Shown here piece by piece: positions 1-11,132 of a DNA stretch of 45,487 nt (its first letter is position 1; each line of letters begins with the position of its first letter). The notes under the pieces were generated by a model that had not been told where the DNA came from, searched no databases, and saw nothing but the letters and a program-made list of their open reading frames with translations. A program made the translations under genes and the position numbers. Source of the DNA: Hyphochytrium catenoides (taxonomy: Eukaryota; Protista; Hyphochytriomycota); NCBI GenBank assembly GCA_900088475.1, contig FLMG01000322.1, positions 1 through 45,487 on the forward strand. The letters run 5' to 3'.

Positions 1-150
1 TCTCTCTCTCTCTGTGTCTCTCTCTCTCTCTCTGTCTCTCTCTCTCTCTCTCTGTGTGTCTCTGTCTCTGTCTCTCTCTCATTCATCTCTCTCTCTCTTT
101 CTTTCTCTGCCCTCTCTCTCTCCCTCCCAACCCCTCTCTCTTCTCTCTCT
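1..150. repeat. (CT)n imperfect microsatellite
   Basis: Direct inspection. Further CT tracts at about 420-545, 960-1030 and 1165-1220 lie in introns of the DUF4833-like gene. Confidence 0.95.
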
Positions 151-320
151 GTTTCTCTTGGCCCTCTCGTTCTCCCACACAGACCAACTTCTTACAAGAT
201 TTGGCGCTTGTGGCTGGCTTCCTAGGAGCAGCAGCTTCAGAGACAGTCAGTCTCCATTCTCAGCGCCACGAAGAACGCGATAAGAGCACAGTTTCTCTCT
301 TTTCTCGAACCAAAAGCAAG

Positions 321-1163
321 ATGCCAGAAGATCCTCAGGTATCGGCAGACTCTTTTAGATCTTTGAGGGCACATATTCCATCATTAGGGCCTAGCCTACC
401 GGCCTGCTCCATGTTCTACTCTCTTTCTTGTCTCTCTCTCCCTCTTTCTTTCTCTCTCTTTCTTTCTCTCTCTCTTTCTTTCTCTCTCTCTCTTTCTCCC
501 TCTCTCTCTCTCTCTCTCTCTCTCCCTCTCTCTTTCTCTTTAGTTCTCTCAGCCTTCCTAATCGGCAATAGATTTCTCTCCATCAATCTCTTGTTCCTAA
601 GCGCTTCACCTAGATATCTTTGGTCGTCATCTCCTCTCTCCTGTCTTCGCCCTTGCTCCGTTCACTTACACTCCTTCTCTTCCTTACCCCGTTCCTCCTT
701 CTTTCTCTCCCTTTCTTTCTTTCTCTCTCTCTGTCTCACTCCGTCAAACATCAAATGCTGCTCTGTCTTTCTCTAGGTGTTCCACAAGGTCCAGGAAAAG
801 GATGGCAATGTTGCCTTCGTCATCCACCGCTCGACCAACTCGAACACCGTCGTCTACTCTGCGAGAGTAAAGGACGGAGCCCTGGACACCAGCAACCCCG
901 TGGATGTCTATTGGATTATGTCAGTCTGATGGCTCTCCATCACCCTCGCTCTGCCTTCTGTCTCTCTCACTCTCTCTCTCTCTCTCTTTCTTTCTCTCTC
1001 TTTCCCTCTGTCTCTTTCCCTCTGTCTCTCTGCCTTCCTCCGCTTGCTTCATCTTGCCTGAAGAATGCTCTTCTCTGCCCAGCACTAAGAGGCCATGGCT
1101 CCTTTCTGTATCTCCCCTGCTGTCTTGACCTCTTTGTCACTTACAAGCGCATTCTAATACCCT

Positions 1164-1217
<54 letters not shown>

Positions 1218-1559
1218 ACACTGTCTACCTCTATTGACAGGTATGAGAAGGGCGGAGTCCGCGAGGAGCTGAACACGATTGAGAGAAACACTGCCTACGG
1301 CATCAGCACCAAGCCGAGCGCTACTCCCGGACACTTTGACGTCGTGGTAACTCCTCTGAAGGACAAGGTCATCGATTTCTCGATTGAGAACGGCAAGCCT
1401 ACGGCTCGTATGACCATCGGAGACACGCCAAACGCCAAGGTCGAGAGAATCTGGGTCGAGTCAACGACGAACATGCTTGGCCTGCCAAAGGTGGTGCACA
1501 TTGACATCTACGGGTACAAGGAGGATGGGACGCCATTGCATGAGAGGAGAAAGAGCTAA
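321..1559 (+). CDS. DUF4833-domain protein (3 exons: 321-338, 777-919, 1241-1559)
   Basis: GT-AG splicing gives MPEDPQ|VFHKVQEKDGNVAFVIHRSTNSNTVVYSARVKDGALDTSNPVDVYWIM|YEKGGVREELNTIERNTAYGI...KVERIWVESTTNMLGLPKVVHIDIYGYKEDGTPLHERRKS*. The F-x-I-x-RS-x-N-x-N-x-VVY, P-V-x-VYW, AYG and P-K-V-x-x-I-x-I-x-G pattern matches DUF4833 as I recall it. Confidence 0.8.
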
Positions 1560-2493
1560 GCTCTCGCTCTCTCTCTCGTTATCTGCTTTGATGGTCTCTC
1601 TCTCATTTGTGAGAGGGGAAAGAGAGGGAGATTCTTTAGTGCTTCTCTAGGGTCACTGGTTCTCTCGTTGCTCTTCAGCGACTGACTTCAGGCAGGTTAG
1701 AAAGTAAAAAGATGAGTGACGGCCAGCCTTCCTGCTACTAATGAGCGTAAAGAACTACATCAGTTTATTTGATTGCTTGCAGTCCCCCATGCTACGTCTC
1801 TCTCTCTCTCTCTCTTCCATTGTTTCATAGCTTCTCTCTTTCCAGCCCTCCTTTCCTGTAAAGCATATGATCGCACAGTCCCCTTTGACCTTCGATGTTC
1901 GAAGAGCTGTCAATGTCGCAACAAGGCTGTCTTGTGACTCTCAGAGCCTCTAATGGAGCTATGTTACCAGCCGCCACTTTCCCTCTAGCGAAAAGACCTT
2001 ATACAAGCATCCCACCAGACGTCTTTCCGGTCCCTCTCTCTCCCTCCACACAGGTTCTCTCTCTCTGGTCTCACTGTGTCAATGGGCTTTGATAGTCATG
2101 CCGAGTACTTCCAGGAAGTTGTGGATTAATAGTTAAAATTGCATAATGTATGTGGGATTCTGAGAGAGAAAGAGAGAGCTGGTAAGAGAGAGAAACACAC
2201 AGCCAAATGAAAAGGAAAGAGATATGTCAAAGCAATGTAACTAAGAGAGAGAGAGAGAGAGAGGGAGCGACATGGGGTAAATTCATAGTTTATAACAAAG
2301 AAAAATATGGAATTGAGTCCCATTGTCCTTGCTCCAGGTGAGATGATAATGTAGGTGTACAGCCAGCTAGTATACATCGCAGCTGTCACTTGGGATGTGG
2401 GGCCAAACTCCCCCACATTCCTAGCTGCAAACTCACGAATCGAGAGGAGAAGAGAGAGAGAGAGACACCGTTCGTTTGACTCTATTTCCCTCC

Positions 2494-4664
2494 TCAAGAG
2501 CGATGTGTGCCGTGTCTGCTCATGTGATCATGAGGGAAAGGCAGTTGTGCTGGGCCTGGGTGAGGGAGAGAGCCCATCCCTGGTGCTCCCGGAGCGCCAG
2601 AAGAAGGCGGAGGAAAGTAATGACGTGGTGCCATTCCTTGGAATTGAGGATTCTGCCCATTGTTTCCAAGCATTGAGTATAGGTCAGCCCATGGAATATC
2701 CTCGTACTGCTGCTGATACGGTGCTGGCCGGTAAGCAAGAGATGGGTCGAGGCAGGGCCTTTTGGCTGGAGGCTGAAGAGAAGCGGAGGAGTCTGCCGCT
2801 GCGGCTGCTGCTGCCGCCGCCGCTAGATGCATTGATGCTCCAACCCGACTGTGGACAAACAGAGGAGACAAAGGAAATTAGAAGGTCAAACTAACTGGGC
2901 ATTGACACCGAAAAGAAGAGGCCTAAGGCCAGACTGGTCTAGAAAAAGGTTAAAAAAAGAAAGAGAGAGAGAGAGAGAAAGAGAGAGAAAGAGGGATGAC
3001 TTACTCTTTTTGCTGGTGAAAGCTTGCCCTTCTACTGGAAAAGATAGAGAAAGGGTCGGATCTCAGTATGTGCACACAGGTATTGTTGTCATCCGCTTGC
3101 GGTTGGAAGAAAACGACCTCAAATCTATGATAAATATCTTGTCCATGTTGCCCCTGGCCTCTAGGAGCTGACCAGCCGTAGTGCCAAGCTTTGCAGTCTC
3201 CGTTGAATTCAAAGACAGCGGTCTGCATACCACCAGCTGCAGCTATTGAAAGTTGCTGAAAAGAGACACAGACAAGAAGAGAGCGTAAGCATTGGGAAGG
3301 CAAAGTGGTGAAGAAAGCATGTGGGCTAATACCTTCACTTGGCCCTCAATCCAGGGTCTCTGAGGGTGGTCCTTGTCTCTCTTTAAGTTCTGAATCTCCT
3401 GAGTAGTCATCTTGCTTCCTACTCGGATGTTGGGTCCAGAGGACTTGAGAATGTCCTCGTTCATGGTAGCAGGATCCATTGGGAAGACGCGACCATAGGC
3501 AAAGAGGCCGAACTTGGGCTTTTCTGCAGGACGTAGAACGAGCACATAGGAGGAGAGGGGACAGTCAATAAGCACGTACTCCCAGAAGACAAAGAGAGAT
3601 AACGAATGGTCTTACCGCCAGGATTATAGGACGGCGTGCTATTGCTTGAGTCCATGAAGGAGGTGTGGACCTTTATGGAATCTCCACAGAAGCCAGAAGA
3701 GAAGTGGACGCCATTTCTACAGCTTGGGAAGCAGCGAAGGTTCTTATGACCTCCCTTCTTGTTATTCCGCTGATACTTGGGAGCAAACATTCTCATTCCT
3801 TCTCTTGGGGCGATGAAGTTTGCTTGCACATGCAGACCGCCGTGTTGAGACGACGAACCCGATGAATGTGCAACTGCAGATGAAGATGAAGCTCCAGATG
3901 GAGCTCCGGGTCTTTCTGCGTGGTCATCTACACCACTGACATGCGGGTTGTGCACGAATCTTTGTGTTGAGCCGTCCATGGGGTCGACAAATAAGGCGTT
4001 AACTGGCTCGAACTGATAGCCGATAGGCTCTACCAGGAAAGAGTCCCTTAGGGCGAGCAGTTTAGAGAAGCGGGTGTCTTCTGGTTGGTTGAACATATCC
4101 ATGAGCTTGGAGCGCGATGGGTGCTTCATCTGTAAATGAGACAGAGAGGACACGAAAGAAGAGAGAGAGAGAGAGAAGACAAGGATGTCAGAGACACAGA
4201 AACGAGAGAGGGAGAAAGGTAGCGAGTGAGATACCTACCACGGATGTATAGACGTTAGATCCTTCTGGGGGACGAACAACGGTAAGGCAATCGTATCCTG
4301 AAACTTCCTGAGCCTCGTGAGCCACAGCCTGAATGCACTCTTCGAACTGTGGAACAGAGTCTTCTTTCACTTTCATCACACTGACCATTATCACGTCGCT
4401 GCCAGCGGAAGGAGAGTCTGGAGAGGAGGAAGAAGAGAGAGAAGGACCAAGGGCCGGCGCTGAAGAAGAAGAGACAGATTGTCGCTTGGCCTTAAGAGCT
4501 GAAAGAGAGCTGGCTGCAGCTTCTTCTGGCGAGAGAGAGAGAAAAGAAGATGCTGAGTGCGGAGAAGAGAGAGAGGAAGAGGGTGATCCTTCGTCTTCTT
4601 GCGCTCGAAGATCGCTGCGAATTGGTCGAGTCTCCGTTGTCCTTGCCGTGGCTTTTCTTAGCAT
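2494..4664 (-). CDS. Uncharacterised protein, paralog A: ABM-like domain + conserved KNLRCFP/Cys-His domain + low-complexity tail (putative transcription factor). Exons 4664-4239, 4129-3616, 3523-3333, 3255-3005, 2848-2494
   Basis: Five exons join in frame with canonical GT-AG sites (phases 0,1,0,2). Colinear and homologous with the gene at 38836-41381. Start codon uncertain; a 5' exon is possible. Confidence refers to gene existence; function is inferred. Confidence 0.85.
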
Positions 4665-5279
4665 GAGCAAGTCATCGCTAGGCGGTGCTCTTTGGCAATG
4701 CGTCTATTTCTCAAGTGCGTTCTTTCTCTCTGAGCGACGGTGAGGCGCGCAAGAGAGAGAGAGAGAGAGAGAGAAAGAAAGAGAGAGAGGGATGGGAGGT
4801 GTGAGGTCCACCCTGACGATTTGAAACTAAGCTTCAATCCTCAGATCGGAAGCCGTTTCAAGAACGGTCTATCCACCATTAAGCTTTTCTGAGGATGCGG
4901 AAGACAGACTGATGGCAGGTCTCCAGAAGAGAGAGACGGTAGTGGAAAGAGAGCGAGAGCGAATATAGAAGACCAGTGAGAAAGGAAGTCAAGAGAGAGA
5001 GAGAGCAAGAGAGGGAGAGAGAGGGAGAGAAGAGAAGAGAAGAGAACAGAAGCAGAGCTGTGAGCTGGATGAAGAAAGACCCAAGAACTTCAGTGAGGTT
5101 GGCTTGGGTTCGGCCACTGAGTTTGAGTTGAGAAGGCAGTGTCTGCTTTGCTTCAAAGAATAAAGAGCAGGGCCAGATCCAGAGCCCCGTATAGACCAGA
5201 AGACAGAGAGAGAAGAGAGTGAGAAGGGAGCTGGATGTCACCACGACAGTGCTAAAGGAAGCAAATGTTCAAGACGAAA

Positions 5280-5327
<48 letters not shown>

Positions 5328-5368
5328 AGAGAAGAGAGAGAAGAGAGAGAGAGAGAGAGAAGAGAGAT
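5280..5368. repeat. (GA)n microsatellite
   Basis: Direct inspection. Confidence 0.95.
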
Positions 5369-5599
5369 CTCCATGTGTGAAGCTGCTATTTTCCTCTCGT
5401 GGTACCGCCTGTCTTCTTAGGTCATTCTCTTCCTTTCCAAAATCCCATTCGAAGGTGCCAAGATGCTCCATAGACTCTCTCTCTCTCTCGCTCTCTCTCT
5501 CTCTTTCTCTCTCCAAGCTCAACCACAGTCGTGAAGGCTAGTCCTAGTACATTAACTATGCGCCTTTTGTGTTCAGCTGTCAGTCTGCATGGCTAGTAT

Positions 5600-5630
<31 letters not shown>

Positions 5631-7387
5631 ACAGAGAAGAGAAAGATCAAGAGGTACAGTCTCTTTACAGAGAGACAGAAAGGACTGTAGCTCTAAAGAG
5701 CGGGACCAAAACCTAGATCAAGACAGAGAGAGAGGAAGAGAAAGAGAGAGAGAGAAAGCTGAACAAAGCTGGTTGGGGCTCAACCTACCTTCGCATTTAC
5801 CTCTCTTTCCTCTCTTTCTCTATCGGACTCTTTTCCTGGATATGCAATCTTTCACTTATCATTCATTACTATTCATATCTCTCCAGCACTCTGTCTTCCT
5901 TGCAGTCTCTAAAAATAAAGTAGGTTTGGGGCGTTCTCTTTTGGCCAAAGAATAGAGTCTAGAACCCAAGTATACCTGTAAATAAAGGGACTTATATTAC
6001 CTCTTTGTAACCCCAACCACAGCTTTGAAACTTACAAGGAAATATTACAAAAACTCCCTCTGCCATTGAGCCTAGGTTTTAGAAGGAGAGGAAGTTTACT
6101 TGGATGTTTCCTTCTCAAGCTTGTGTACTTGGGTTGGGCTTGGAAGCCTAGCCAAACTCATACTTACAAGAACATTGGAAAGTAGCTTTACATTGCCAGG
6201 GGCACTCACTTCAACTCTTGGCGAGGGGAAAATGCCGACGTCGCCCGAATGAAGGATTTTGCCCCCTTTCCCCTCTCAATCTTAGGACAGTGTAAAGGAA
6301 ATTAGACGATGACGTCTGAAGAAGGGAGAGCAAAGAGACGGAAGCCAGCAATCCGTACTTTGTGGCTTATGTTTGTGGTGCGAGCATTCCCCTTCCACAG
6401 TTGAGACAAAAGTATGGATCTATCTATCTATCTAGTAACACAAACCACTTCCTCTATTGAAAACTCTGTCTTTTGCACTCTTTGCCTATCAAGGAACCAG
6501 AAGCCAAGAGGAGTGCATTTCTAGAGCTTCCAAAGAGTCAGAGAGTCTGTTAGACTCAGAGTGGGTCGAAAAAATACCAAAGAGTCAGAAGAATCCTATC
6601 CGTATAATTCACCGCATCTAACTGAAACGATACTTTCTACTTAGCAACACCATGAAACCTTCATGAAATAAACAATGAAGCTTTCCGAGGTGAAGGTTTT
6701 GTATTTTGGTCCTTTAGCACCTTCGAATTCCTTTTCCCCAGTAGTTCTAAATCCTCTAACGTTCCCTAAAGTCTGAGTCCCGACTGACCTGTTGTTCATG
6801 GAAGACAGCCCTGTCCTCCTACTGGCCGCGCCTTTCTCAGTTGAATCAGAACTATTTATGGAGACTACGGGACTTGACAGCTTTATTTCGTTGGTGTCTC
6901 TTCTTGAAGTCCACATTATGTCGCTGTGTACCATATGAAGAGCAGGGAAATTGTCTTGAATTCATGCTGATAATGCTAGTGGCTTGTACCTATCTTTATA
7001 TTGCTTGGGGATTTTCAGATGTAGCTTCAATCCGGTTGACTATTGTCGCATTTAGGACCAAATAGGTTTTCTATTTGGGCGTTCAAAGCCAATATAATGG
7101 AAGTGGAGAAAAGGCCAGCTGGTCACCTTTTATTTTGTACCTCCCACTCCAGCACGAACAGAAGATACTGATTCAACCGATTTATCCCTTTTTTTGCAGT
7201 CATTAATGATATAAGATGGCTTATTACTGATAAATGAGCTTTTAGGCAGTACTATTAGAAATATGGCTGTTGTGGCTCCGTTCTCAAACCGTCCAAAAGG
7301 GCTCTGAGGACCATTTTTTGGCTCCATCCGCGTCAGAGTCTCCGCCCCGGATATCTTTAGAGGACAATTATGGCGGGAATGAGACAT

Positions 7388-7630
7388 CTCTCTCTCTCTC
7401 TTTCTTTTTCTCTCTCTCTCACTCTCTGTCTCTGTCTCTCTTTCTCTCTCTCACACTCTCTGTCTCACTCTCTCATACTTTTCTCTCTTTTTCTCTTTTT
7501 CTCTCTCTGACACTCTCTTTCTCTCTCTCTGACACTCTCTTTCTCTCTCTCTGACACTCTCTTTCTCTCTCTCTAACACTCTCTTCCTCTCTCTCTAACA
7601 CTCTCTTTCTCTCTCTCTCTCTCTCTCTCC
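7388..7630. repeat. (CT)n tract containing a ~22-bp higher-order unit (g/aacactctctttctctctctct) repeated about 5 times at ~7505-7620
   Basis: Direct inspection. Confidence 0.9.
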
Positions 7631-8214
7631 GCTGATTTCTTGTTAGGATCTGCCGTCTCTTTCGAAAGTTGACAACAGGAAAGAAAGTACGAATGCTTGC
7701 CTTTGGTCGTCTCTCTGGATCAGTCCAACGCTTATAGAACTCCTCCAGCTATGAAGCACAGACCAACATGTCAATAAAGAGAACGAGAGAGAAGAAGAAA
7801 AGCAGCGAGAAGAAAGAGAAGAACGAGCAAGAACATGTCAGCACGAAGAGAAGAGAAGAGGGAAGAAACATTCAGCGCTGATGGGCGGAAAGGACGGACA
7901 GACTGGGACAGACAATGGCTCACAGCTCCGCAGTCAGGGGAAGAATAACAAGATGCAGACTTTCTTACCACGAACAGCCAAAGAGCGCCACTTTCCCCCA
8001 TTTTCCCTCTTTTGGACGAGACTCAAGTCGTTCTTTCGCCCTCTTTCTCTTCTCCCAGCAGACAGGTAGGAACTATCGTAGGTTGAGAGCTGAAAGTTGC
8101 GGCTCTCCTCTGGCTTTTGCGAAAGAAAAAGCGCTCTTTATCTGCCCCATCGCCTGGTCACATAAGAAGCGGACATCACCACAATGCCCAGGTGCAAGTG
8201 AGGAGCAGAAGTAA

Positions 8215-8264
<50 letters not shown>

Positions 8265-11132
8265 GAAGAATGAAAGAGAGGAGAGATCCAAGACAAGAAG
8301 AAGAAAACGACGACAACGTGGGAAAGATGGCAAGGGTGGGAGAGAGAGATACAGGGGAAGGAAAGAGCGAGAAATGGGGAGGAAAGTAGGTATGAGATGA
8401 TAGGGAAGAAAATGTGCTGACTTGTTCTCTCTCTCTCTCTCTCGTCACTTGCTCTTTGGACAGCCAGTTTCCTCTCACTGCCACATACGATATAACAGTC
8501 CGACCCTTAGCTTAGGCCTCCCAAACGGGCAAAGCAAGGAGAAGCAGCAGGATCGTCATCGTACCTCGTCATCAGAAAGGTCAAGAGTGTGGGAGAATAG
8601 CTGGGAGAATGATCTGTGAGTGCGGGAAAACAGCAAGAAAGAAAGACGAAAGAGGGAGAAGAAAGAGAGAATCAGCAAGAAGCATGAATGCGAAGGAGAG
8701 AAGAAGAAGAGAAAGCAGAAGGATTGGCCCGTTGACAGTTTCTCTGCTGTTGGACCAAAAGACCCGCCATTCTGCGCCTTGGGATCTCTGCAAGCACGCC
8801 TTTCCTGCACCTTTTTCTGCGGCAATGGCGCGAGTGTCTCAATGACTAGCAAAGAAAAAAGACAAAGAAGGACCCATCAGCCATGCGAAGAATAAGAAAG
8901 AGACATCACTCGCGATGACAAGAGAAAGAGAGAGAGAAAGATCAGTTTTGAGGATGCGTAGGAAAGATCCCTCTCATGGTTGTCGGATCCACCACTTTCA
9001 CATGCAACAGCTGCTCTCTTTTTTCAGTTCTCGACAGGCGACCATGTTGGACAACAAGAGTGACAGCAAACAGCTTCTCTTCTGAAGCAGGGAGGAAGAC
9101 TAAGTTAGAAGAAGATCGAGCCATACATTTGAGGAGTCGAAGTGCATAAGCTCCATAAAAGAAGGATAGAATAGGATTTCTGGTCTAATAAATGAGTGAA
9201 GACCACTGAATTTCCATCTGCCAAGAGATCTTGGATTCGTTCGACAGAAGATTGGTCGTCGTCATGGATCTCTCTTTAATGACGCTCTTGCTCCTCTCTC
9301 CCTGTCTGTTGTCTCTCTTGCCCTTCTTCTCCTGCCGTCGTTACGTCTCTCTCTCGTCCTTTCCTCTTCCATTCTGAGACGCTAGCGCGTTCAACATAAT
9401 AGAGATGGAGGGAGAAAGAGCACATTAGAGATGAAGGGCAATTAGAAGAAGAGAGAGAAGAGAGAGAGAGAGAGAGAGAAAGAGAAAGAAGAGAGAGAGA
9501 AAAACGGAAGGTGGTAAGAACGCTACCACTAGGAGGCATGCGGGAAGGTGGTTGATGCCATTTCGCTGCTTTCTTTGTCTGCCGTCGCATCAACAAACGT
9601 CCGACAGCAGCAGGCTTCCACTGCCGCCCTTTCTCTCTCTCTCTCTACAAGTGACGGTCCCTGCTGCGTGGCGCCTCTACAACGAGGTTCGAAATGCCCA
9701 TCATCAGGGAGGCTCAAGGATCATGGTGATTCGCCGTGTCTCTTCTTGTGGACTCTATAACTTGGCACTTGGATTCCTGCACCTTCCTGCTGACGATCTC
9801 TTTTTCTTTTCTCTACTATCCATCACACTGTCTCCCACCATTGCTTTATCTCTTCACTAGAGCAGTCTCTCTTTTGCTCACAGCATGGACCTCCCACAGC
9901 GCGATGCTGATGATGATGACCAGGTGTCCATGCTCCAGTGACAGACTTCAGAAGCCCAGCTGTCGGCTATTCTGATGATCGAGGAGGCAGCGCATCGTCT
10001 ATTCGCACTTCTACTATGACTTCTCCTTTGCTTCATCTGTTTCCCTCAGATCGTCATCGCCATTCAACTCCTTCTCTCTCTTCTCTTTCCAAATTCTTTC
10101 CTCATTGTCTCTTTCTCTCTGTCTCTCTCAGTCGGTAAGGCATCGAAAAGAAAGAAGGAATAGCAGCAGTCAGTCGCTGCTGCTATAAATAAAGCTTCTC
10201 CATGGATCCAGGTAGGAATCAAGGAGAAGAGCGAGCCAATAAATAAATGACCGAGGCTTCGCCATGATAGATCTTTCTGTTGCTCCAGTGCGCCGCTCCT
10301 GCCGTTGTGGCCTCCATCCTGTCACGATGTCTCTCTCTCTCGTCCGTTCTCTCTTTGTTGAGTCTTCTTCCTTGAAGTTCGCGTTCTTTATTTCTGGTTT
10401 TCCCCTCATCTAAGGAGGGTCTCAAGCTGCAGCTGCTCACCTTTCCTCCTCTGTCTCCCTTGACAACCGAATTCCCGACAGTGGGTTTCAACAGTTCGCT
10501 TCTGCCAGGCAGATGGTCAGCAGATAGTAATAGGTAGCTGATGGCAGTTCTTTGGCCACTCAGCATAACAGATGAACTACACAGAGATGGAAGGGCAAGG
10601 GCCTTTCCTTGCGTAGCTTCACAGGGAACTCAGCATCTTCCTTCTACTCCGGGTTCACTATGCAAGGGGCACTGTCGAGAGAGAAAAGACATAGAGCAAG
10701 GCATGAGATGATAAAAGAAGAGCAGGTGATTTTCCTAGGGCATACATTGACATGGGGCCACTGAGCTGTGTGTATAGATAGTGGACAGGAAAGAGGATGA
10801 AAGCTCCAGACGATCCTTGTGCTGACGGAAGGAGTACTATTGAAGGCTTGGATGTTACGTTTATTTATAAGATCGAGCAGACAGAGAGAGTTGAGAGTTG
10901 GCCGCAGCTCTTCCGCTGTAGAATATGCGCAGAGAATCAAGCTATTGCCGAGAATGGGGAGAAGAGGTGATGGGAGATCAGCAATGACGTGCTATTGGCT
11001 TCCAAATAGCTGAGACTCAGGAGGATCAGAATAGCTCTTTTATATTGAGAAGGGCAAGGGGCTACGAAAGCAACTTGTTGATAGCTTTACAAGGGTGCAT
11101 GGCTCTGCTAAGTACTGTCTCTGCCCTTTAGT

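Noticed and set aside
14-1237. Long SL-repeat and ER-repeat ORFs (also at 7270-7554, 18168-18642, 31530-31907 and elsewhere)
   Set aside because: Translations of (CT)n/(GA)n microsatellites, which lack stop codons; not coding.
2355-2894. 179-aa plus-strand ORF (and 4333-4743)
   Set aside because: Antisense shadows of paralog A exons.
5655-5689. TA-CAGTC...GACTG-TA inverted repeat resembling Tc1/pogo termini
   Set aside because: Only about 35 bp, imperfect, in low-complexity context and 5.5 kb from the pogo-derived ORF; chance is sufficient.
7500-7620. Regularly spaced short repeats, superficially CRISPR-like
   Set aside because: No unique spacers; minisatellite derived from a CT tract in a eukaryotic genome.
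7650-11050. Multiple 60-115 aa ORFs on both strands
   Set aside because: No recognisable motifs and no consistent exon chain could be built; a lineage-specific gene or lncRNA cannot be excluded.
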